This document shows positions 21,838 to 32,876 of a stretch of DNA of 64,000 nucleotides, one piece after another. The stretch lies in the NCBI GenBank assembly GCA_009859145.1, contig VRVR01000007.1, positions 186,001-250,000 of the forward strand. The letters run 5' to 3'. This stretch comes from Andalucia godoyi And28. Lineage: Eukaryota > Protista > Jakobida. The position numbers and the translations under genes were made by a program. Numbering within the stretch: position 1 is the stretch's first letter; the number at the start of each line of letters is the position of its first letter. The notes beneath the pieces are model-generated. The model was not told the DNA's origin and ran no database searches. It saw only the letters and a list, made by a program, of their open reading frames with translations.

Positions 21838-24800
21838 ATGTTGCTACCCGTCCAGCTGTCAGCAGCAGAACTTAGCACACTACGAGGGCTGCGAAAGATC
21901 TTTGACGCAGCGTTTGATATTGGAGAGACGAATGCTCGGTTCTCTGGATCGCATAGTGAACAAAGAGAGCTGAGGCTGAATTTTTGCGCGGATGATGGTG
22001 GTCGACCTTCAGGTATTATATTTTCTCTCAACACGGACGTTGATGCCGCGCGGTTTCGGGAACTGCTGGCTCCTCGTTTGCCTGTCACTGCCGATGTCGC
22101 CGCCGCTTTGGAAAAGCAATCGCTTGCGTATCTGGGTTTTATCAGCGGCAAGGTTGGTCTTCATGATGACCTGCCTTGTGACCTATGCACACTTGTTGGT
22201 CGTTGTGTCACGTTGGTCACGAAAGGGTCTTCTGCGTATTCTGTGCAACATGTTGTTAAGGAGATTGGTTGTAACATTGAGTATCGACCACCTCAGATCG
22301 TTAAGAACATGTTTGATGTATCGCCAAATGTTCTCTCGGGTGATTCGGTGAAAACTGTGCTGCTGGAACTGGATTTGAAGTGTCCGACGTTCATCGCGAT
22401 TGTTATTACTCAGTTGTCACTTAGAGAGCTGGCTGATTCGAGGTTTTCGGTTTTCTGTGACGCTGCTGCGCTGGAAATTCACAAAGTCTACCGGTTCTTT
22501 TTGCATCCGCTATCGTCTTCCTCGTGCTTGGCGCTCTCAAAGATCCAAAAATCTTCTGCGGTTGCCAAAAATTCAAAGGATTCAGTTGTGTGGAGACATT
22601 TCGGAATATGCCATTTGAAATGCTCAATCATGCAAGGCATCAACGAGACGGAGCTTCCGAAGCCGTTGAGCTTTGAAAGCCTGAAAGAGTGTTGGAGGCT
22701 GCAGAACAGCATTCTGGAATCCTTGTCAGCCTACATTACCCAGCCGAGCAACGACACGTCAATTCATCGTGGTCCATTGGAGTATGGAAGTGGCGATGAT
22801 GAAGATCGTGACGAGAACGACATTGTTGTTTCGTTGCCTTTGCTTTCCAGAATCCATCATTTGAATGTCCCGACCTTTGAGTGTGCACCACCTTTTCCCG
22901 CATTCGTTTTTGCCATTACTGGAGTCTGCGTTGGTGTTCTGTACTACAATGAAGAATCCTCGTCGGCAACTGAAACATCTGTGAAACTGTACTGGAGAGG
23001 TCGGCAGGTTTTGCATGAATGTTTGAAGGTAGATGTGTCGGATAAATCAAAGTCTCGGCAGAATGCGTTCGAATTGTTCAGTTATGTCTCCGGCTTCGTC
23101 TTTTTGGTGAAGGATGGTGTTGTCGAACTTCAATCGGGAAGCCTGCGTAGGCCAATTCGTTTCTTTTCTGCTGACTTTTCTGACGATGTGCGCTGCTGGA
23201 TGCGGGTTGGAGCAGGTACGCCGACGGAAAAGCGCATTCGAGGAGCGGGTAAGCTTCGCGCATTGCTGCTAGAGTGGATGAAGGCCTCGTCAAAAGTTGA
23301 GCGCCGAATTTCAAGATCTCAGTTCAGCTCGCCATTGCTTTCCAAGAGGGCTATTGATGTTCCTGTGATGGAAGAAGGAGATTCCTCTGGGACTGTTTCG
23401 TACATTCGGGAGAAGCGATTTGAAACTCTCCAGGTGCCCAATGCAACGAAGATTTCAACGTTCACATCGGGTGATGTGGTACTTTTAGATGCGACAGAAG
23501 ACATGTACGGTCTCTCTTCACCCACTTTGTTACCATTACAGATTCTTTGGTTTTCAGGAAGTGCTTGTGATGAACTGGAAAGGTTAGGTGCGTTGAGAGG
23601 CGATTGCGTCCTACAACTGCTTCCTGTCTGCTGGTTTGGAATCCAGTTTGTGCGCATGTCTTTAGTACGCATGTTTAAACTGCTTCGCGGAACAGCTCCA
23701 GTCCCGTCGGATCAGCTTCCTTCGGTTATCCTTGAAATGGATCCGGAGTTCGTGAACAAGTACCGGAAGTATGTTCCTGCGTACGTAGACGTCTACTCGT
23801 CAAATAGGTTCTCATCTGTTTCGAGAAAACTTGGAGCACGGGCTGAAGTTCCCGTTGGTGATTGTGAGTTTCGTGTAGACATCTTGAATGACAATCTGTC
23901 CAAAATTCGTCTTTCTGAGCAAGATGTAAGCCCTTTTGCGAGTTCTACATCCTTGCTTGACTCTCGTTTGAATGTTATGTTGGCAAACTTCAATGCTGAT
24001 CACATCAGTGATGCAGGGACCCAACCTCTGGATTCCGCTGTCGACGACTGGTTGGTCGATCTGTGTGGCCGTCGCTTCGGACATGTTCTCGAAGCAATGT
24101 TGCTGGATGAAGAATGTGATCATGTTGTCGATCAGTTTCCCGTAATGTGGACCGAATCTTCTGCGTTCGTCAGAACACGTTTCTGCGAAGAGGGAAATTT
24201 CTGCCTCCGATTTTTCTTCAATGATCTACCGTTAGTGCGCCGAGATATCAGTGTGAAGGTCAAACTTGGCAATCCGGCCAGCATTATCTGGAAAGATTCT
24301 TTTTTGCTGGTGCGTTTTGGTACTTTTTTCTCTGTTCGATTTTCCGTTCTTGATGGCCATCGACAGTCTCTCGTTTCAGACATGCTTCGAAAGCAGATTC
24401 GCCGAAGTCATTGCGTGTCTTTAGATTCTACGCGGAACAACGACGACGCTGCATTTATCGGGGAAGGACTGCTTGTAAACATTCCTTCTGAAGCGGAGAT
24501 TGTACAGTCGGAGGATGGGTCGTTGTGGTATGAATTCCAGCAGTGCATTGTCTGCTCGTCGAGTCCCGTTTTGATTGCGAACTCCGATTCAGTAGCATTG
24601 AACCTTCGGATATCGCTCAGCAATCAGCAAGTTTCATCAGTTTGCAATGTCAAAATCTGCAGCGGAATCCCGCATTCCTTAAATGTGATGTTGGCGGAGA
24701 CACATTTTTCAAACCTTCAATATTTGGAGGATGCTGAATTGTGCATGCTCGATGAATTTTTAAATGTGACGACATTCGCGGCAACAATCGTTTCAGTGCA

Positions 24801-27552
24801 AATCCTTGGAGGGTACTTTATTATCGATAGTGGTACCGAAACTCAAACTCTGGATTTCCCATTGTCTCCCTCTGATTCACGTGCGGTTGTGCATTTTGAT
24901 CGGATTCGTATATTTTCAGAGGCGACTAATCTGAAACTGAGGTTTTCCGTTGAAAACGTTTTTCAAGATTTGGAAGTAACTGTTTCTCCAATATCGGCTC
25001 CCGCACGCCTCTGCTTCCGTGAGTGTACCTTCCCAATAACGTCCGGTGAACAGAACTTTGTGCGATTAGGTTCTCCGTTGCAAGCTGGAATGAAAATGGG
25101 TTCTCTGGGTTTAGTACTGGGTATCACGTCTCAAATCGGAGGAGATGCCGTCGTTCCGTTTTCATCTTCGTCTTTTCGTTTCGCGCCATTTATCGTGAAC
25201 ATCTCCGCTTTGGTTGTTGAGGTTAACGCATTTCCCGTTATTGCCTTGGCTCCCGGAGACTCCATCCATCGACTATCGTTAATGAAGTACTTTGACGATC
25301 ATCTGGATCATGCAATTCGAAGGCCATCAGAGGATTCCGAAATTTTAGCAGTGCGTATCATGGTTGAAGGATGCTCCTCGGACGGCACACAGCACCGATT
25401 CGCTGTTCTACGGATCGCTCTTCGTGCGACAGTTGTTCCCGGTCCTGCAGTTTCCTTTTCGGTGTGTTGGACCGAGATGACCCGTCAGAACGCAGTGACT
25501 GTGAAAGCAGGGCGAGCACTTCCGTTTGTTCAGCTTTCTGCATCGGATGAGTTCGGAAATGCAATACCGGATATCGTGCGGGATGTTAGCGTGAGAATCG
25601 TTGGTAATGGTAATGGTGATGCTGTTGATGATGATGCTGTTGTTCCCATTTCCCCTCTGCTATGTGACTCCAAGTGCGAACTGCAATACATTTGTAGGGT
25701 TGTCAGGGAGTTTTTATTACTGTTCTCGTTCCGTGATCTAGTCTGCCGAAAGTTAGTAAGCGTTATTGCCGGAGACCCCGTTTCCTGCAAGGTGTGCAAC
25801 GTGGACGAAATCTTCCTCATTCCTTTCGCCCCTCTTCCTTTGATCGTTATGCAGTTTGTGGATAGTTTTGGTAATCCTTGCATGCCTTCATTTTCCGGTC
25901 AGCATTTTCAAATTTCAATCACTTCTAATGGTCGCACGACAGTCCTGAAAGAGCAACCTGCAATTGTGGAATCGAGAGGCCGTCTTTGTTGTTATGGTTG
26001 CCGAGTTGCTTGGACACCACAAGTTTTTCCTGGCCAGATCGGGACCGTGGAGATAGCAGCGCCGAATAGCGGTATTCCAAGAGTTACATTCGCTTGCCCA
26101 TTCCGTCCGTCTCGGAGAATCGTAGATGTCAATGTGTTCGCGGAAGTTCGAAATTGTCGCATGCCTCTTGTTGAAGACGCTGTATTGGTGCTAGATCAGG
26201 AGTTTTGCAAAAGCTTGGAACTGCCAGTCTTTGTTGTCCAGCTACTGCCTGAAGACAGAAGTGAAATGTCCTTCGACGATGTCGAGTGGTTCGCTCCTGC
26301 GACTGTTTTTGGCATCCGAAACTGCCCTCGTGGTTTGTTCCTGTCTGGAAAGGTTCGTGGTTTGAACTTAGTGTTCGAGCGATCTCCTGAATTCGATCGG
26401 AAATGGTGTTTCGACAATGATCGAAGATATGACTGCCAAGTCACATTTCGTGAATCCCGTTTTCATCGGCATGTGCAGCAACGGACCATTTCATTCAAAG
26501 TTCGGTACAGCGGAGTCTCGTCTTCACATTCTGTCATTTCGTCTCGATCGTTTCTTCAGAACGAGCTCTTGTCTTCTGCGACCAGTAAGATGTTGTCTGT
26601 AATTCGAGACGTATTGCGAGAATGGCCGCCGTGCTACGCTCAGCTTCCCTGCATTCACCGTCTCCTCATGGTGTCTATTTCTGACCAAGTCCAGTCCATC
26701 GCTTCTCTTGTCCGCTCTTGCTGTGCGGATATGAAGAAATTACACCAAGAGTTGCTCTCAAAAGAAACAGAACCAGCAGCAGAAATCAGTCTGTCTGCCG
26801 TGAGCGATTGTGTGTCGTTCACAGATGACTTTCCTGTCTTGTCGACGATTAAGTATTCTTGCTATGACAGGGATCGCGGGCTTATTCCGTATGTCCGTCG
26901 GGCGTTTTCCATTCGACATCTTCTTTCTGTTTTGTTTCGTGCAGAACTATTGAAGACTCCGGTTTCGCGCACGTCGTTTTTGCAAAATGTCAGTCATGGA
27001 GGCCACGTCATGTTGCAAGACACGGATGTCCGACCGAGAAGCTCGATTGAGTTGATTCCATCTTCGAATTGGATAGGACGAGTGGTGTCTGCGAGTTCTC
27101 CAGCCATTCGTCTTTGCACAAACTCTGAATTATTCACCAGATGCGTGGACCCGTGGCTGAATGATGTTTGGATACTGGATGGATGTGTCGATGATGCAGA
27201 AACGATGATCACTGATTCTTTTTCGTCAAAGCAGCTTCCTTTTAAAGACTCCTGTAGATTGACAATCCTTTGCCTGGGAGACGGTGCAGTATTTGACGTC
27301 TATTCGAGGTCCGTCTCTGCGTTTGCTGCTTCCGTTGACAGCGAATGTTGTTTCAGAACCGTCCACGCGGCTATCCTTCAGCCGTTGGAAGCCGTGATCG
27401 ACGCTCTCGAACATTTCTTGCAGGTCGCGGGTCCCGAGAACTCGTCAGCGCCCGCCTTTCCACGCCGTCCTTTTGTTCCCCCATGCCAACCTTCCAACAA
27501 GGCACACATGGGATCGCACCGCCGCCATGACAAATACTATGACGACAAATAA
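21838..27552 (+). CDS. SMCHD1/GMI1-like protein (degenerate GHKL-like N-terminus, Ig-like repeats, degenerate SMC-hinge-like C-terminus)
   Basis: About 1900 aa. 'VGRCVTLVTKG..VQHV' and 'VKLYWRGRQV...VSGFVF' recall SMCHD1 GHKL/transducer segments; repeated 'VQLSASDEFGN', 'MQFVDSFGN', 'MLDEFLN', 'VVPGPA', 'IAGDP' recall SMCHD1 Ig repeats; hinge-like 'WLNDVWILD..LTILCLGDG'. Upstream exons are possible. Comparison is from memory. Confidence 0.55.
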   Translation: MLLPVQLSAAELSTLRGLRKIFDAAFDIGETNARFSGSHSEQRELRLNFCADDGGRPSGIIFSLNTDVDAARFRELLAPRLPVTADVAAALEKQSLAYLGFISGKVGLHDDLPCDLCTLVGRCVTLVTKGSSAYSVQHVVKEIGCNIEYRPPQIVKNMFDVSPNVLSGDSVKTVLLELDLKCPTFIAIVITQLSLRELADSRFSVFCDAAALEIHKVYRFFLHPLSSSSCLALSKIQKSSAVAKNSKDSVVWRHFGICHLKCSIMQGINETELPKPLSFESLKECWRLQNSILESLSAYITQPSNDTSIHRGPLEYGSGDDEDRDENDIVVSLPLLSRIHHLNVPTFECAPPFPAFVFAITGVCVGVLYYNEESSSATETSVKLYWRGRQVLHECLKVDVSDKSKSRQNAFELFSYVSGFVFLVKDGVVELQSGSLRRPIRFFSADFSDDVRCWMRVGAGTPTEKRIRGAGKLRALLLEWMKASSKVERRISRSQFSSPLLSKRAIDVPVMEEGDSSGTVSYIREKRFETLQVPNATKISTFTSGDVVLLDATEDMYGLSSPTLLPLQILWFSGSACDELERLGALRGDCVLQLLPVCWFGIQFVRMSLVRMFKLLRGTAPVPSDQLPSVILEMDPEFVNKYRKYVPAYVDVYSSNRFSSVSRKLGARAEVPVGDCEFRVDILNDNLSKIRLSEQDVSPFASSTSLLDSRLNVMLANFNADHISDAGTQPLDSAVDDWLVDLCGRRFGHVLEAMLLDEECDHVVDQFPVMWTESSAFVRTRFCEEGNFCLRFFFNDLPLVRRDISVKVKLGNPASIIWKDSFLLVRFGTFFSVRFSVLDGHRQSLVSDMLRKQIRRSHCVSLDSTRNNDDAAFIGEGLLVNIPSEAEIVQSEDGSLWYEFQQCIVCSSSPVLIANSDSVALNLRISLSNQQVSSVCNVKICSGIPHSLNVMLAETHFSNLQYLEDAELCMLDEFLNVTTFAATIVSVQILGGYFIIDSGTETQTLDFPLSPSDSRAVVHFDRIRIFSEATNLKLRFSVENVFQDLEVTVSPISAPARLCFRECTFPITSGEQNFVRLGSPLQAGMKMGSLGLVLGITSQIGGDAVVPFSSSSFRFAPFIVNISALVVEVNAFPVIALAPGDSIHRLSLMKYFDDHLDHAIRRPSEDSEILAVRIMVEGCSSDGTQHRFAVLRIALRATVVPGPAVSFSVCWTEMTRQNAVTVKAGRALPFVQLSASDEFGNAIPDIVRDVSVRIVGNGNGDAVDDDAVVPISPLLCDSKCELQYICRVVREFLLLFSFRDLVCRKLVSVIAGDPVSCKVCNVDEIFLIPFAPLPLIVMQFVDSFGNPCMPSFSGQHFQISITSNGRTTVLKEQPAIVESRGRLCCYGCRVAWTPQVFPGQIGTVEIAAPNSGIPRVTFACPFRPSRRIVDVNVFAEVRNCRMPLVEDAVLVLDQEFCKSLELPVFVVQLLPEDRSEMSFDDVEWFAPATVFGIRNCPRGLFLSGKVRGLNLVFERSPEFDRKWCFDNDRRYDCQVTFRESRFHRHVQQRTISFKVRYSGVSSSHSVISSRSFLQNELLSSATSKMLSVIRDVLREWPPCYAQLPCIHRLLMVSISDQVQSIASLVRSCCADMKKLHQELLSKETEPAAEISLSAVSDCVSFTDDFPVLSTIKYSCYDRDRGLIPYVRRAFSIRHLLSVLFRAELLKTPVSRTSFLQNVSHGGHVMLQDTDVRPRSSIELIPSSNWIGRVVSASSPAIRLCTNSELFTRCVDPWLNDVWILDGCVDDAETMITDSFSSKQLPFKDSCRLTILCLGDGAVFDVYSRSVSAFAASVDSECCFRTVHAAILQPLEAVIDALEHFLQVAGPENSSAPAFPRRPFVPPCQPSNKAHMGSHRRHDKYYDDK

Positions 27553-27674
27553 TTGGCTTTCCTTGACAAAATGTTTTTATGTATGTACAGTGGTCTTTAT
27601 TATCACCATCACTTCTTCATCTTTTTCCTTTTTTTTTTTTTTGGTTGTTGTTGAAGGATAAAAACCATGAAGAA

Positions 27675-28178
27675 TCAGTAAGCATGAGACCCTAGTTTAG
27701 AGAAAACGTTCCCAGTCTGATTGTTGGCACGAATAATTGCGTCTTCCTGTTGTTTCCTGAATTGCTGCAGCAACTGTTTCTTCTCGCTTTCCGCAGAATT
27801 AGCGAAGAGCACTTCTTTAGATAGTGCCTTTTTCTTGGCGATATCGGCATTGATTTTGGCCTCCTCCGCAGCCTGTGCAATCAATGCTTCTCTGTCGATG
27901 ATGGCAATTCTGCGTGCCTCTTGCATTCGAGAAAGGTCGCGCATAGACATAGACTCGTCAATTCCACGTCGAACTTCTTCAGAAATCCGGCGTTTCTCTT
28001 CTGGAGACTCGGGATGAATGCGGCGAGCCCGCTCCTCCAAAATATGCTTCTTGTGTTCAATTCTGCGCTGAGCTCTATCATCCTCCACAGAAGAGTCCAT
28101 TCCATTTCCTATCTGTTCGCGTAACTTTCGATCGTGAGCAATCGCAGAGGGAGAGGTTCTTGGAGAGATGGAAAACAT
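27675..28178 (-). CDS. Small coiled-coil protein (possibly ciliary); may have an upstream exon
   Basis: E/R/K/A-rich helical ORF; a possible acceptor (TTTAGAGCAG) lies just upstream of the ATG. Confidence 0.6.
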   Translation of the reverse strand: MFSISPRTSPSAIAHDRKLREQIGNGMDSSVEDDRAQRRIEHKKHILEERARRIHPESPEEKRRISEEVRRGIDESMSMRDLSRMQEARRIAIIDREALIAQAAEEAKINADIAKKKALSKEVLFANSAESEKKQLLQQFRKQQEDAIIRANNQTGNVFSKLGSHAY

Positions 28179-28348
28179 TGTTTTCACCTGCTCTAAAGCG
28201 AGATTTGTGCAGCAAAGAAAAAACGATTGGAAGAAGAAGAAAGAGAGAGAGAAAGGAAAAAAAGCATCGTGGGAAATCAGCCCAAAAATAAAATGATAAT
28301 AAATATATATATATATATTATATATATACGAATGAACAAGATGAAAAA

Positions 28349-28794
28349 ATGCCTCCGCTCACTTTATCGGGACTTTTTGGCGCAACACAAAAGCCCAAAG
28401 CCATTGCAACATCCATTCGACAGACGTCGACAGTACCGGAAATTTTGCCCGCCAATTTGTTTCCGACGCGGTCTGTCGTTCACCAAAGCATGGATGATTA
28501 TTGGTCATCATCGGCTAAGCTGCCACCGAAGATAGATGTAAGCCACATGTCTTTTTGTTTTTAAATTTGGGGGCGAGCACCAACTCTTCAATGCAGAGTG
28601 CTCTGCATCAAAGGGTCATCACTTCTTCTTGTTCTGCGCCTCCGACGAGAGGAGATCGACGGGTTCCTTGTTTCTCGCTACCTTCGGGCATGGCCAGTTT
28701 GAGTTTGTCGGGAAGATCCCTCTTTGGAGCCATGGGATGTTTTGTCTGTTTGAGAGTTCGATTAATAAAAGACAAACAAACAGAAAATAATTGA
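28349..28794 (+). CDS. Possible small two-exon hypothetical gene
   Basis: ATG 28349; a GTAAGC donor and a TGCAG acceptor join two short frames in phase 0. No homology recognised. Confidence 0.25.
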
Positions 28795-29063
28795 AAGAAT
28801 AAAAAGTCAAAGAATGAAGAAATTCTAGACTTGACTACGGTAGGAACATCTTGTCTCCACACGGTTAAATGAAACAAACTTCCGGTATGATGTTGTTTGA
28901 TGTTCACACACAAAATGGTCTGTCTGCGATCAACTTACCTCTTTCGAAGTCCGAAGTTCTCCCTTTGTTTCCTTCGTCGAGCTTGTTGAAAGTGAGTCAC
29001 GAAGCTGCAGATAGGGTTGGATTCCTGTGCAGAACGCAGAACGCAGAACATTTTTGAATTGCC

Positions 29064-29816
29064 ATGGAAGCTGATACTGCCAATGACATTGAATCTCTTA
29101 TTCGGCGGTGCAATGATATATTCTCTCGCCCATACGTCACGCCGCAGACGAATGCAGACGCTGCAGACGACGAATCAATCGCAAAATCAATCGATGTGCT
29201 GAATAAGAAAGTCGCATCACAGTGTCGTGCCCGTTTTTCACCAAACTTTGTTTCTGATCTTTCTCAGCAGACTCTCATCTCTCTCCGTCGTGATTGGGCT
29301 GAAATACCTGCGGAACGAAAGGCTGCAGAAGAAGCACTGTGCAAGGTTGCCAGAGACGATGACGCTGTAATCGCGACTAGTCTCGCTGCTCTGCGCAAAC
29401 ACGTGAATGTCCTTACTCGATCCGCAGATACAAAGGATGCGGACGGTGACAGCAGTATGGAGTCCGATATCATTCTGTCCATTGACAAAATTGCGCTCCT
29501 CCATGCACAAATTGCAGCATACTCTCCGCTTCTTGATAGCGCTTTGCTGTTGGATGTCCTTCATTTTCCGTCTGTGGCGGTTTCAAAGACAAGCAACGTG
29601 TGTCGCCAGTTGGCGAAGCTTGGAGAACTTTTGCAAGCTTTGGTTTCCTTGTTGGAGGACTCTCGACGTCTGGATTTCCGTCGATCTGCCTCTCGAAATT
29701 TGAAGAGAAGACGAGAAGCTGTGATATCAGAATCTGCTCCTTCCCAAGCAATGGACTTGCATGACTCGCTGCTCCTCATTTTGGGCAAAAAACCAAGGCC
29801 AGCTGTGAGCGATTGA
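29064..29816 (+). CDS. Hypothetical helical protein (250 aa)
   Basis: ORF with ATG and normal composition, in gene-like spacing. Confidence 0.65.
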   Translation: MEADTANDIESLIRRCNDIFSRPYVTPQTNADAADDESIAKSIDVLNKKVASQCRARFSPNFVSDLSQQTLISLRRDWAEIPAERKAAEEALCKVARDDDAVIATSLAALRKHVNVLTRSADTKDADGDSSMESDIILSIDKIALLHAQIAAYSPLLDSALLLDVLHFPSVAVSKTSNVCRQLAKLGELLQALVSLLEDSRRLDFRRSASRNLKRRREAVISESAPSQAMDLHDSLLLILGKKPRPAVSD

Positions 29817-30382
29817 TCCCGGGTACCTCCCTTATCGAAATCAGTTTGCTTCCCATCTCTCGATGTCGACTCTTTTTGCTGTCCATTATCGTCCATGGTG
29901 TTCCCTTTATTGTTGTTTCTATTGTTGTTACCGGTGATGTTTCTTGCTTTTCTCCAGCATTGTCTTTTTTTTTTCTTCTTCTTCTTCAATTTGGCTGTCA
30001 AAAAGACGACGCAAACCATTATGTTGTTGATCGTATGATCCAGGTATTATGGTTTGGAGCTTCAAAGAAGACGACAGAAGTAAAGTTCACTTGCAAAATT
30101 GTCATTTGTCTCCTGCTTCATTGAGGTCTTCAAAAAAGCATTTGTGGTTTCCCCTCCTCTTTTCCAGAAACACACCGACTGTACGTGGACTTATTTTATT
30201 TATTTTTTGGCGGGAAGCTGCCAAATGTGGAATCGGCGCGTTTCGGAAATGCCGAGGAAAAAAAGAAGACCAATCGATCTTGTGGATTTCTGATGCTTTT
30301 CTTTTCCTTTGCCTCTCGCTTTCTGTGAAGAAACTTTTCCGCCAAATCTTTTTCCTTTTTTATTTTATTTTCTTCTCACAGT

Positions 30383-32833
30383 ATGGATCATATGAATATT
30401 TCTGGACATTTCTATTCGGACTCTCCCACTGGTCTCTCTGAACCGTCCCCCGAGCCACAAGAGTTCGATCATTTTGAGGAGATTCGGGATGGAGCGCTCC
30501 CGGAAGCTGTGGAAACCATCCTGGATGCCGATATTCCTCAGCAACCCATTCGCGGTTCTAAGTCTTCCATATTCTTTTCAAAACCATTAGTCGACCATGT
30601 TGCTGTCACCGGCGTGGATGGCAGACGGGTGTTCCTCCAGAGATCGCGGGTGATGTCGCATTCGACATCTCGAATGAGAAGCCAGGATATCGAAGCACTT
30701 CTTTCATCGGCAACATATGACTTGTCTCACAACGGTGCGCAGAAGGACATGTCGTCTTTATTGGACATTGCGGATAACGAGAGGTTGCGAGACGCTGAAA
30801 TCAGACAGCAGCGCACTCATGCATCGATCTCTCGGAACGCTGATCTTCTTCACGACTCTTCATTATGGGTTTCCAAATATGCTCCCTCTTTGTTTTCTGA
30901 TCTTCTTAGCGAAGAACGTACAAACAGAGAAGTATTGAAATGGCTGCTGTTGATGAAGAAAGCGCCTCTAAAACTCCGTGGTAGTGGAGTCAAGAAATCA
31001 ACGGGCTCGGGTTCGACCGAGAAACCCGTGCCGCCAGAGGATGAATCGGAAACCGAGGAGGTTTCGAAACCATCTGCATCGGCCGGTCCAGTTGAGCAAA
31101 GACCTAGAGACAGCCGCACATTTCGACGTGAGGGTAAATCGTTTGAGTTTTCTTCCAGTCCGTTGCTCATCTTAGCAGGTCCTCCAGGGATTGGCAAGAC
31201 TACTTTGGCACATATTTTGGCCCGGCATGCAGGCTACAATCCTGTCGAACTAAATGCGTCGGATGAGCGTACAAGAGACGCTGTCGTTACCGCGATCAAA
31301 AATGCCTCTCAGATGCGAATGATTGGATCTGGAAGAAAGAAGACGTGTGTCATTCTCGATGAGTGTGACGGGCTGACGTTTCCCGCTGTGAAAGGCGTCG
31401 TAGATCTCTTGAAACGTGGGTTTGATACTCCGGTAGTGGCCGTTTGCAATGACTTGTATGTTCCCGTTCTTCGGGATCTCCGCTCTCAAGCATCTCGCAT
31501 CATTTCCATGAAGCCACCGACGTCTGAAAAGTTGGTTGCGCGACTTCGAGCAGTCGCATTGTCCGAAAACCTTGTGTGGGACAGTGGAGTATTTTCTGGT
31601 ATATCGGACGTTTCCGAACAAGATGTCCGATCTTGTCTGCACACAATGCAATTTTTGTCGCGCCATCATGACAAACTTTCTCTTGCGGAATTCAAAAAAC
31701 TGCAGTTCTTTTTTGGGACCAAGGACATTGAACGCAAGAATCTTTTCAATTTATGCGAGGCTGTACTGTTCAAAGGCGCGATGCATTCCTTGCTGAAACA
31801 TAAGCGCTTGATTGCGGATTCAGACGATTTGTCAGCCAGTCGTCGCCGATCGGTTTTCACGAATTTTTCTTCGGTCGCCACGCTGGTTGGGGATGACTGT
31901 GAACGGCTGTTGGATTTTATCTTCGCTAACATTTGGAAATCCAGAGTGCACGACCCGAGAATGTCGCGTGCCTCACGTTGCCAGGAGAACCTGAGTTATT
32001 TTGACTCGCTTTCTGGACGATACTCTTTTGATCAACCGTCCGTCATTCGCCATGCAATGGTGTATTCTGCCATTGCTTTTATGCAAGGAAATGTGCCTGC
32101 CGTGAAGCTTGATTATCCCCAGAGACTTATCGATTCTTACAAATTGCTGTCAGACCATGCAAAGATTTGCGCTTCTCTGTCAGCAAACCTTCCGTTACGG
32201 AACCCGCTTGATTCTCTCCAGACACCATTCATATACGTGTCCCCTCGAAGTCGCTCTCTGATCTGGGCTCCGTTTTTCGTCCGTTTGGCGCACCCTGTTC
32301 TTCGCAATCATGGCGTAGCTGTTATGACGCACCAAGAGAAGGACAACGTTCAGAAGGTTGTTGATATTTGTACCACCTACCATGTGTCGTTCATCTTCGG
32401 TACTTCTGCGGAAGAAGTATCTTTGGATCCTGCTTTGAACTTCATTTGCGGCCATGTTGGTCAACTGCCTTTCATTCCAGTTCATGTATTTCGCCACATT
32501 GACAATCATTCGAAATTGGAGAAGGTCAAAAGAGAAGAAGAACTGCGACGAATCTCCTTGAAAACATTGGTCAACCACAAACCGACATCGAATGCTGTTG
32601 TTGTGCCTTCCCAGCAACTGCTCCCAGTTGCGACTAGACTCGGTTCTGAGATGAGCATTGAGCGGTTAAACAAAGGAAATCTGCGATCCTTTATCGTCCA
32701 AAAACGCGATGTCAGTAAGTTAGAGGACACTAGTGCGTCACTCTCCATTCGGTCGTCTGTTGTTGTCTTCAAATATCAGCAGGGCCATACAAATGCTGTT
32801 CGAAAGCCATTGAAAATGATCGATATATTGTAA
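30383..32833 (+). CDS. CTF18: Chromosome transmission fidelity protein 18 (alternative RFC clamp-loader large subunit)
   Basis: 'LWVSKYAP..FSDLLSEERTNREVLKWL', Walker A GPPGIGKTT, 'ELNASDERT', Walker B 'VILDECDG', 'SEQDVRSCLHTMQF', C-terminal 'FKYQQGHTNAVRKP'. Confidence 0.93.
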   Translation: MDHMNISGHFYSDSPTGLSEPSPEPQEFDHFEEIRDGALPEAVETILDADIPQQPIRGSKSSIFFSKPLVDHVAVTGVDGRRVFLQRSRVMSHSTSRMRSQDIEALLSSATYDLSHNGAQKDMSSLLDIADNERLRDAEIRQQRTHASISRNADLLHDSSLWVSKYAPSLFSDLLSEERTNREVLKWLLLMKKAPLKLRGSGVKKSTGSGSTEKPVPPEDESETEEVSKPSASAGPVEQRPRDSRTFRREGKSFEFSSSPLLILAGPPGIGKTTLAHILARHAGYNPVELNASDERTRDAVVTAIKNASQMRMIGSGRKKTCVILDECDGLTFPAVKGVVDLLKRGFDTPVVAVCNDLYVPVLRDLRSQASRIISMKPPTSEKLVARLRAVALSENLVWDSGVFSGISDVSEQDVRSCLHTMQFLSRHHDKLSLAEFKKLQFFFGTKDIERKNLFNLCEAVLFKGAMHSLLKHKRLIADSDDLSASRRRSVFTNFSSVATLVGDDCERLLDFIFANIWKSRVHDPRMSRASRCQENLSYFDSLSGRYSFDQPSVIRHAMVYSAIAFMQGNVPAVKLDYPQRLIDSYKLLSDHAKICASLSANLPLRNPLDSLQTPFIYVSPRSRSLIWAPFFVRLAHPVLRNHGVAVMTHQEKDNVQKVVDICTTYHVSFIFGTSAEEVSLDPALNFICGHVGQLPFIPVHVFRHIDNHSKLEKVKREEELRRISLKTLVNHKPTSNAVVVPSQQLLPVATRLGSEMSIERLNKGNLRSFIVQKRDVSKLEDTSASLSIRSSVVVFKYQQGHTNAVRKPLKMIDIL

Positions 32834-32876
32834 AAATAGACTGCGCCCATACGTTTTTTATTCAAGTCACACTAAC

